This document shows positions 11,069-20,000 of a stretch of 20,000 bases of DNA, in pieces; position 1 is the first letter of the stretch; every line of letters begins with the position of its first letter. Under the pieces are notes generated by a model. That model searched no databases. It was not told where the DNA came from and was given only the letters and a program-made list of their open reading frames with translations. Source of the DNA: Ancylonema sp. (lineage: Eukaryota); NCBI GenBank assembly GCA_050230475.1, contig JBFLGF010000117.1:47028-67027 (forward strand), written 5' to 3'. The position numbers and the translations under genes were made by a program.

Positions 11069-13002
11069 TCAGAGCCCATTCTCGCCCTTCGCCACTAACT
11101 TCGGTATTAGATCCAATGTACGCAGCTCTTGCAATATTCTTTTCTCAGCACAGGCCTGCAACAACGGGATCCAATTCTCAATCTCCGCGAGGACTCCGTC
11201 TTTACATTGAGTAGATCAAGTCTCATAGAAAGTGGTGTCAATTACGTGAACTGAATTGAGCCAGAATCACTTCGAGATTATTACATGTAGGGATTCCACT
11301 TTTCTCTCAACATCAACACATGTAGGTGAACCAGCATGTCAATGACATCTACCCTCCCAACATATCACTCACACGGCCAAGTAGTGATCAACATCATTTG
11401 CAAGTAGCCAAGTGCATTGCTGCATCACAGTTCCCCCAATGGCGGAGTGAGGATTGGACGGCTCACCTCCAACATCGGCGAGTTTTGAGGGACGCTGCAA
11501 GCCAATAGCACGCTGCGTTTCAACTTCATGGCTGTGAGAGGACGCGGAACGGAGAACAAGGATATGTTAGGCAAGGATGTAGTCATTAGTGTCCGGATTG
11601 GTATCCTCCACTTTCGTAATGCCTAAAGGCGAAAGCCCAAATGAAGCTAAACTCCAGCCGGGGACAGCCGACCATACAAGCAATTCAAGGAAATAGGCAG
11701 CACTGAGCAACAAATCGTGTTTGACAAACCATAAATCTATCCCCAACTTCAAGAATGGATGAGAGAAACCTAGCACGATATGTCGAGTGCCAGGTTAACC
11801 GAACTCGGCTCATGAATCTGGCGCGAAATAGTAAATATTTTAACCCCCTTGTCTATCAAGCCCATCCACTACCAAGTCTCCTTGCCATGCCAGCTCCCAC
11901 GCTGTCTGTACTTCCTCCAATCAGAGCAGTCACACTTGGCACTGCATCCTGCATCCACGCAGGTGCGGGGTCACTTTCAGATCTGGGGTTGGTATTTACA
12001 ACTCTGGGGTTGATTATGCTGGTTTATCACTAAAAAGATACAGGTGGGAAGAAGGAAATGGTGAGTGGATACTGGAATGAATTTCAGGTCTGTCAGATGT
12101 TTCTTTTCACCGTGTTGATTGATTACGGAATTCAAAAGCTCTGACTTGCGTAAGAGTGACCAAAACTTCTCCACTCAGCTACAGGCAAATGAAGGGTCGA
12201 ACGTGCAGAATGATGTCAGCACCTGGCAAACGTGATGCTCTTACAGCTGTTCTCGGACAACATGGACAGCTGCCACAAAATCCTTCGACGCTTATACAGG
12301 ACTCCAAGTATTAGAGGCTGGGCGCAATGTTTGCAGACAATGAGGAACCCGATTCCGTTTCAGATGCAATAGGCGCTCACAAAACGTGTTGGGACTGCTG
12401 CATAAACATCTCCCATGCGGGCCCCGTTGCAGCCCACCCATAGATAGACCTGACCAAGAGTGCCAAAAACAAAGATGTTCGCAGTGACCTGGTCGTAGAA
12501 CCGTTTCCCTTGAAGTGCTAATCGTCAATCAGTCTTAGTAATTGAAGAGATGGCTGTCATGGGGAAATGACACACAATTCATGTGCAGCTTTTGTTTGGC
12601 GCACACTACACAGGGTGTCGATGTGAGGAGGACACGTGGTCGTTTCGCTATATCTTCTTCTGACTTATGATGTATTATATTTCGCTGGTTGAGCTTAGTG
12701 CCCAAGCCAGTGCTTGCAGACTAGAGTTACGATAAAAGAAATGGAGTATGGTCATCCCATGTGCAACGGTCAGCACCATTGCGTACTCGTTGCGAAAGCG
12801 CGACCATGAGGCATAAAAAAAACAATAAAAAAACAAAAACAAAACGAGACACCCGGCCATGTGAAAGCTGGTATCTCACCTGTGACTTCAACGGGATTAT
12901 CTGAAAGCTGAGACTTGTGTCCATGACTTCGTCGCTGAAAACATGAGGCACTACTCTTCCTTCAAATGGAGCGGATATTACTTCAGACGACGGCTGATCC
13001 AT
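11069..13002 (-). CDS. PSMG4: Proteasome assembly chaperone 4 (PAC4/PSMG4), 139 aa. Exons (minus): 13002-12880, 12449-12381, 11948-11873, 11531-11467, 11155-11069
   Basis: Spliced protein MDQPSS...HVFSDEVMDTSLSFQIIPLKSQ|VYLWVGCNGARMGDVYAAVPTRF|DAVPSVTALIGGSTDSVGAGMARRL|AMKLKRSVLLACSVPQNSPMLE|ACAEKRILQELRTLDL...* matches the plant PAC4 pattern (FQIIxL..QIYVWIGC, LGG..D..G..IARRL, ACNIP...LE..AEK). Exon lengths 123+69+76+65+87 = 420 nt, phases consistent, canonical GT-AG. Confidence 0.92.
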
Positions 13003-13574
13003 CACGAAAACTAAAGACCAGACATAAATGGAGATAGAAATGGTTTTGTGAAGGTGCTAAACAGGTTTCCGCATCTCAGTCATGCAGCCAAATATTTTAA
13101 ACACTCTGCATCTCCATCTCCGCAGTGATTATGGTCGAAGATTTACAGCTCTTGCTGCCCTTCCTCTTTCTGCATGTCTTTCATGCTGAGCAGGTGGTTT
13201 GGTGTCTAATCCTCTTTTTATTGATAATCCGTCTCGAATAATATTATTATCCGTGCCGGTAATGTAAATTTAGACAGGTTAAACCGTCGGGCGTGGAACC
13301 TTGCGGCAAGGTCCTTGCCCCGTGGAAACAACTTTCATGGATTGGACTCTTGCGTGATAAGCTGTCCAAGTATGTAATTATGCTACGTCTTGACGCGGTA
13401 TTTAGCCTAGATTTTTACTCCGTGAGCTGAGCACGAGGCAGCGGCGTGTAAGCGCCTAGAAAAACGTGAGAAAAAATCAGATAAAGACTCCTGCTTGCGA
13501 GCAGGTGGAGGGGCAGTACGGAATGCCGGCGAAGTAGAGGATTGTCCTAAATAGCTGCAGTTGGACTCCCTTCA
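13003..13574. promoter_or_regulatory. Short head-to-head intergenic region (candidate bidirectional promoter) between PAC4 and the methyltransferase
   Basis: The divergent start codons are separated by 572 bp, so both 5' UTRs and promoters must fit or overlap here. Transcription starts cannot be determined. Confidence 0.55.
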
Positions 13575-16500
13575 ATGTCGAGTGCAAATATCAACCACTC
13601 TACAAAAATCTCTCTCCAGAGTTCAACCCCTCGGATTCAGTTGATCGAAGTTGTGCGTCGCTATCAGCTCCATCTCAATGTGGCTGCGGTCGTCGTCGTA
13701 TTTTGGTACATCCTCGTACTGCGACCAGCTGATAGTGGCCGTTCGCTGGATCACGGGGACGACATCCGGCTGAGTGAGAACGGTGAGGATAAAGGTCCAT
13801 CTTTGCTCGGTGGAGGAAACTCAAGTGAACTGCTTGCGTCTCTCCTGTGTCAGAAATGTGTCACAGTCAGCTTCGCAGTTTCTATGGACGAGAGACAACA
13901 TTTTTCGGGTGGATAATCATGTCATCTGATTGGGCAAGGATTTAAATTGAATCAGACAGCACAATGGGCGAAAGATTCTGTAGAGGCCCTTCCAAGTTCT
14001 GTTATGATACATTTTCCATGAGACGGAGCTGGAGGTTGTCTTATCAAATTTGCGATTGCGTTCGACTTTTTTGTCCGTACCACTTGTGTGTGCGGTATGT
14101 CCACAGATCCAATGCCATTCTGCTTGCGTTACTCAATCCTGTGTGATGGTACTGGTGGTAACTTTTTCTATTGAGAAGGACAATTCGTTCAGAAGATGTA
14201 CTTCCCTTGCCTAATATAGTCGATGTAGGCACTTTTAATATAGTCACACCTTCCCTATTGTCGCCATTCCGTCCGTCAATTTTCTCCAACCATTTCCCTG
14301 TAATCTTACACGTGTACCTTTCCAGGCTTCTTAACACACATGATACAACTCTAATTCACATAAGTTTATACACGGGCATTTATGCATTACGTATCTACCT
14401 ACTTGTACTCTTGCATATTTAAAGAGATCATTGCAAATACAAGATTTCACGAATGCCAAAACATAAACACTTCAGTTGCAATCACTTTTGCTAGTCTCAA
14501 CCATATCAAAGAGTGACCATATCAACATATCATTTGGCATTCGAGATAGTTACTGTAGACTCCCACCATCCGTAACAAGTTGTCTATATCGAGAGTTTAC
14601 TCTTGTGGTTGCGGGGGCTCATGGCCCATGTCTTTCATCATTGCTTCCATTGCCTTAATGCCCCTCCCAAGTTCATGCACCCAAATGTCAATAAGCAAAT
14701 AAACTCATCCTTATGTTACGATCACATTTCCCATGGAGACCAACCTAAAAATAAAATCGTCCTTCCATAATTCCATAATTTCATAATTCCATAATTCCGT
14801 AATTCCATAATTCCGTAATTCCATAATTCCATAAATCCATAATTCCATAATTCCATCTGTCATGAATGTTGCCGTGTGATTCGCTACACCGTCTTTCTAC
14901 TCCAATTCTCCAACATGCATCACCGGATTTTGGCTCCTAGAAATGACTCCATGTGTTGTCAAACAAGCAGAGTTGCAAGGTCAACTCGTGTGTGTACTGT
15001 GTGTGGTCAACCAGTCAACCAGTCAAATGGTCAACTGTTGTGTGGTTGGGGTTAGATGACCAAACGGCGCAAAAAACACTCGCGGACTTCATCACCCGCG
15101 ACGGCTATTTTCGGCCCCCAAGTTTGTGCGATCTTTCGGAAGAAGCCATACAAGTGATGCTTGCAACTGCACATAACTGCAGGTGCATGTGGCCCACGAG
15201 TTTTTGGGTGGGGGGTTGAGAATGGTTGGGAAGGAACTCTTTACGAGACGTAGGGTGATGTCATTCATCATTTACAATATACATTTTATTGGATTATTGG
15301 AGTGTCCATGGAACAACAAACAAAGGTCGTTTTTTTTTGGGGACACTGATATTGTGTGAGGGGGGGGATAAAGAAGGAGTTTTCAATAATCGCATGTTTC
15401 ACTCACCATGTGTTGCTGCCCTCAAGACTTCTTGGGTGTACTTCATGATGCTCCATGTTTTGATATCTTCTTCAATGAAATAACGAGGAGGTTGGGGGGT
15501 CATGTTTTAGATATGTTTATGTTGCGTGATATTGGTCTCTTCGTGCAATACGTCTATTGAACGTGCATTTATCACATGTGTAGAAAACGATGATAGCGTA
15601 GTGTTGGGTGATAATAACTTGTTGTTTGTATTGCAAGTGCCTGTGAGTGGCATTCACTGATGGAAGTGCAATGAATTCTTCCCTTCGCAATTGTTTGTGT
15701 CACGTGTATATGGGATTGATCGTTTTGTAAGGGATAGTGAGGATATTATTGAATCTTTGATCTATAAGGTGTTTCGTTCCCTGTGAGAAGGAAGTATTTG
15801 ACGGTGGAATGTTGTGTAATAAGGGATGCTCTAGAAAGATGCGCCTTGTGCAAGACTTTTTACTGTAGAGGGGGTACATCTTCGGTAGGAAAACACATGT
15901 GCATTGTCACCTTGTACGATTTTTGTCAAGAGGGGTACCTATCAGCCTAAAAAAACAAGCGATACAAGAAGTTTCCATACCCCCCCTTTTTGGGCTGAAT
16001 AAAGCTTCTTCCTGTTGACCCTATGCGCAGTCGGCACCAACCGCAAGTGTGGTTAGAGGGCGAATGGATAACCGCATTCGAAATGCGGTCAAGGTTGAAA
16101 GTGCCGGCCACGAATCCGAACGACACTGTCGTTTGTGGAGTTTTTTGTGCAGAGAAAGAGGTTGGGGGTTGGGAATGGGGCGGGGGTTGGTGGGTGCAAG
16201 GAAGAGGTTGAATGTTGGGAGGGGGGGGGAGGGGTCGGTATGGGGAAAAAGTAAGTTAGAACTTGCCTTCGGATACAAAGTTGGTGAAGGCAAATTATGC
16301 AGCAATGGGAGGAGGTGAAGGACGACAGTGTGGTTGTTTGCACAATATGTACAACTTTGTCATTAAGTTATGTGCGCCATCATTTATACAAATAAGAATG
16401 GGTGTATCAAGAAGTCTGTCTGGGTGTCCGTGTGTGTGTGTGTGTGTGTGTGTATCAGCTCAACAGTTATGTATGTATGTACGGGTGTATGTGTGTGTAT

Positions 16501-18878
16501 GTGTGTTTGTGTGTATCTACATACGTGTATATGTATGTGTGTACGTATATAATTATGTATGTTTGTATGTATGTAAGTATGTGTGTATGTAATAGGCAAG
16601 TATGTATGTACGTGTATGTGTGTGAGCGAGAATTTTTTTTGTGTGTATGTGATCTGGTGTCATTTGGTTTTGATTTTCTGCAGGTTTATTGCGTACCATT
16701 TACCGGGCATTGTGCAGTAAGCATAATGATGTAACGTATTTGCATGTTGTAACAATGTATGAAGAAGTTTGTGAAGTTTGTAGAAGACAAGACACTTGTG
16801 CACGTGTTGCCACTCCTTCTCTCTCACCCATGAAATACCATCACACGTGTTTGACACGTGTGCGACGCGTGTATTGCCGCCCCCGAGCCAAGAAAGCACT
16901 CAAACCCATCTACTTCCTCCCCCCCCCCCCCTCTACCACCCTCCCTCTTCCCAGTTCCCTTGCTACAACAACAAGTGCCTTTTCTCCGTTCACATGCGCC
17001 GAGACTCTACAGACCCAATGGTGGCGGTCGCGATTTTGGTGGACGGAGGGTACGACTTCTTGCGTCCTAGTTTGGAAATCAAAACCATTCTCGATGGCGG
17101 CGGCAACTGCGGGTTAGCGACCGTGGTGTTTGCACTCTTGTGAGTTCGGTTCGGGACCTCGTGCCGGAAAAGTGGGGAAGGGGATAAGACACATGGGGCG
17201 TGTCGACGTGTGGAGGTATCTGAGTGTGGATCCGATATTCGTTTGTTTCCACTCGATCGCAACCCCAACTTGCACTATCTCGATGACAGTTTTCCTCCTG
17301 TTTTACACCCATATCATTTTGATTTTTACTGGGATCCAACCCACATAAGGGTGATGTGGCAATTCAGGTTATGTACCTATATTGAGAGTGCTTGGGGTGC
17401 ATATTACTCACGGTTACGGAAGGTCAATGGCATATTGTATATCTTAAAATTAGTGTCGTTTAGTCACATCATGTTTTCTTATGTCGTGTGTCAAATGTCT
17501 TACGATAAGATTTTGAAATCTTGAATCCCTATCAGTATCCTCTATCATCGGCTTCCTATGAACCTTAAGTGCTCAAACGCGGGACCAAACATGCAGGCTG
17601 ACTATAAAGGATTTTGCGAAAGACCAAAAAAACTCCGAAAATAATGGAGTCAAGTATTTGCGTAGGATTGAGAGCTATAAGACGACAATAGTAAGAAAAT
17701 ACAACAGACCCTATCGTTTGCACACAAAGGTACATCGAAAAACGATGCAAGACGGAATACAACACAAAATTGACACCTTCCGCATGCACAAGTCCTACAT
17801 CAGTGCGTCCTCTTAGATCTATCTCAATCCTCGTTGCGGTCCTAGCATCATAGCCGAATATGTACATCGTTTGACAAGATACTCGAATGTGTACTGACAA
17901 CATGCTCGAATGTGTATCGACATCCCGCCTCTCCGCAGGTTCCCAACAGCCACCATCGTGAGTGTGGAGCCTTCGCGCGGCAATTACGAGATGTTGCGGA
18001 TGAACACGAAAGTGTTCCGCAATGTCCTCCCCGTGCACTCCGCGCTGTGGAACCGAGTGACGACGCTGGCGATGACGAACGGAGCGCCCAAGGATTTGGA
18101 GTGGGCCGTCATGGTGCAGGAAAAGAAAGATGTGAGGGCGGAATCTTTTTCGTGTGGAGGAAGTTGCAGGATGACACCAATGGTTCGAAATGGTCGGATC
18201 TCTCTTGGTGTGTGCAAAGCCAAGTTTTCTCAAATACCGGAATTGGCAACCACGGCTTTGCTCGTGTTTTTGTGTTGAATTTTTTTATTTTCTTGTTCGT
18301 GCTCAATCATCGGCCATGCAAGTCATATAATTGTGCTTGTACCGTAACGATTCCCGCTCTTGCGCGGCGCCTCCTGGAGGTCTTTCAACGAATCTTATGG
18401 TAGGTTGGGCAAGAAAGAGGTGTACCAAAAAGCAAATAAAAAAATGTACGCGTACTTCATTGTCACAAATCAATTTACTACCAAGTAATAAAGTTTCACC
18501 AGCCTTCAAGTGCGTAAGTTTTTCATAATCTCGCCGCAGGTGCCCGTGGGCACACCGGTGATTGCCACCATGCAAGGAGTCTCCGTTCCTTTCCTTCTCG
18601 ACATCTTCGGCCTCGATGCATTCCACATGTTAAAGGTCGACATTGAGGGGAGCGAGAAGGAGTTGTTGTCCAATTCAACAGACAACGACATGTCATGGTT
18701 AGAGCACGCGAAGATGGCCATGATCGAGACGCATGAAGACATGAGGCCCGGGTCGCACGCTGCAGTCGCTGATGCGTTTCGGTTGAGAGCCAACACGTGG
18801 AAATTCTCGCATAAGGACACGGAGTATGACGTTTACAATCGGATCGGATTTGACGAACAACCCGATCCCCCCGCGTAA
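13575..18878 (+). CDS. FkbM-family (Methyltransf_21) SAM-dependent methyltransferase with N-terminal type II membrane anchor, 383 aa. Exons: 13575-13782, 15056-15182, 16031-16130, 16955-17139, 17939-18131, 18540-18878
   Basis: The last three exons give FkbM motifs: MRRDSTD...DGGYDF, ILDGGGNCGLATVVFALL|FPTATIVSVEPSRGNYEMLRMN, HSALW, HMLKVDIEGSEKELL, WLEHAKMAMIETHE..RPG. Exon 1 encodes a hydrophobic segment (LHLNVAAVVVVFWYILVL). Exon lengths 208+127+100+185+193+339 = 1152 nt, all GT-AG with consistent phases. The first three exons rest on splice phase rather than homology. Confidence 0.85.
14763..14856 (+). repeat. 8-bp tandem repeat (TTCCATAA), about 11.7 copies, in intron 1 of the methyltransferase
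   Basis: Directly visible, with variants TTTCATAA, TTCCGTAA and ATCCATAA. Confidence 0.95.
16430..16650 (+). repeat. Compound (GT)n/(GTAT)n microsatellite in intron 3 of the methyltransferase
   Basis: A pure GT run followed by degenerate GT/GTAT units. It explains the spurious CVCV/HTHT ORFs. Confidence 0.95.
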
Positions 18879-19045
18879 AATCCAACTTAGTTATCCGTTA
18901 AGGAGGAAGGGGGGGCAAACCTTGAAGTATGAATACAGGGAGGAATTTTGAAGGCAAAGAATTATTGAAAGGCCGAAAAATGTTGTAATAGTGAATCACC
19001 ATACAAGGAGGAGACAGTATAGTGGACACGGGATGGTGAAAACCA

Positions 19046-19078
19046 TGATGATGTCAGTGATGATGTCAGTGATGATGT
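19046..19078 (+). repeat. 12-bp tandem repeat (TGATGATGTCAG), about 2.7 copies, downstream of the methyltransferase stop
   Basis: tgatgatgtcag tgatgatgtcag tgatgatgt is directly visible. Confidence 0.8.
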
Positions 19079-20000
19079 GAGTTTTGATGTAGGAAATGTG
19101 CACTGGCTCTACTCGTACTATAAGAAAACGTTTTCTCATGTGGGATTTAAGTAAGCAGACTCGTGATGAGGGGAGCTTGAGAAATTTAGAGGCAATTTAT
19201 AATGTGTGAGAGTCAACAAAGTTGTGATGATTGTTTTGATTTATTTCCACTAAGTTGCGGCTTCCGTCGGTACCATGTAAGACTTGCGTGATGAAACCGA
19301 ATCGTGTGGTACTATCAGTATGGGCCACTCTCACTGTCACACGTTGGCCAAGAATTATAGTTGAGACGTTATAATTTCCATGAAGGATCACTTTCATATC
19401 CAATTCTCACATGCACCAACTCGATCAAATCGTCCCAAAAAAAAAAGCAAAATCGTCTTGGCAAATTGTTGATGGATGTCTCCTTTTCCATCCTCCCACG
19501 ATCGACATAACCGAAACTTGCGTCAACTTCCAATTGCTACCCACATTCCATCCGCAGTCCGTGCTAATTACTCATTCTCTAAATGCCCAAAATCACAGAC
19601 ATCGATATTGTGACCTGAGGCGAGAGATTAGGGTAGGCAAGACAAGCAGAGTGAAGAGACAAAAAAGACGTTGACATAGGGTGTTTGGATGGTGAGGATC
19701 GTCGGATGACTTTGCGGTACAATCTCTGACCCCCGAGTTCCGTATCGGGTGGTAACACCGAGGATCTACGAGGGGCGGTGTCGAACAATTCGAACATGGA
19801 GATTCTTGAATGGGGTATCGATGCAAAAAAAAAGAGGAGATATTGCACATATCTGACCGTTGAAAAGAGACCCAAAACATTGTAATCAGCCTAAACCATT
19901 TCTCGGTGGCGCATTCGTTACTTTTTCGGTTGTTTGATTATATGAGTTGCATATGATTCCGACGCAAATACGGTCGTGGTTTTTTTTTTACACACGTATT

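Noticed and set aside
12545..12720. Open phase-0 segment after a tag acceptor inside PAC4 intron 1 (SASTGLGTKLNQ...)
   Set aside because: PAC4 homology is continuous from KSQ to VYLWVGC without it, and inclusion would disrupt the fold or stop early. At most a poison exon, which I cannot support.
14763..14856. Repeat array as CRISPR or telomere
   Set aside because: Head-to-tail 8-mers with no spacers in a eukaryotic intron, and the unit does not match plant or green-algal telomere repeats I know.
16263..16734. Cys/Val/Tyr- and His/Thr-rich ORFs
   Set aside because: Translations of the GT/GTAT microsatellite.
17565..18233. 222-aa minus-strand ORF
   Set aside because: Antisense to a methyltransferase exon and running into intron sequence, with no recognisable family.
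1227..18878. The three genes as one functional cluster or system
   Set aside because: A transcription factor, a housekeeping proteasome chaperone and a secretory methyltransferase have no evident shared pathway, and adjacency in a eukaryotic genome is weak evidence.
19197..19880. Possible 3' exons of a minus-strand gene entering from beyond the window (e.g. cag|GT CAC AAT ATC GAT..., GHNIDVCDFGHLEN)
   Set aside because: Splice-like signals exist, but I found no recognisable homology or robust phase chain within the window.

Overview
Eukaryotic nuclear DNA with GT-AG spliced genes, most consistent with a streptophyte. C-rich acceptor tracts and extra introns suggest a streptophyte alga rather than an angiosperm (inference). 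Three intron-containing genes can be rebuilt by hand with consistent splice phases. (1) A minus-strand CBP60 (calmodulin-binding protein 60 family) transcription factor, about 7091 to 1227, with a conserved N-terminal/middle CBP60 region and a long low-complexity C-terminus in which I cannot find the canonical calmodulin-binding motif. (2) A minus-strand proteasome assembly chaperone 4 (PAC4/PSMG4), 13002 to 11069, 139 aa. (3) Divergent from it, a plus-strand six-exon FkbM-family (Methyltransf_21) SAM-dependent methyltransferase with a type II membrane anchor, 13575 to 18878, 383 aa. The rest is introns, simple repeats and an intergenic stretch with a hairpin cluster near 9.87-10.11 kb. I found no tRNA, rRNA, CRISPR array or intact transposon. 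Most ORFs in the six-frame track are spurious or exon fragments. I see no evidence that the three genes form one functional system.
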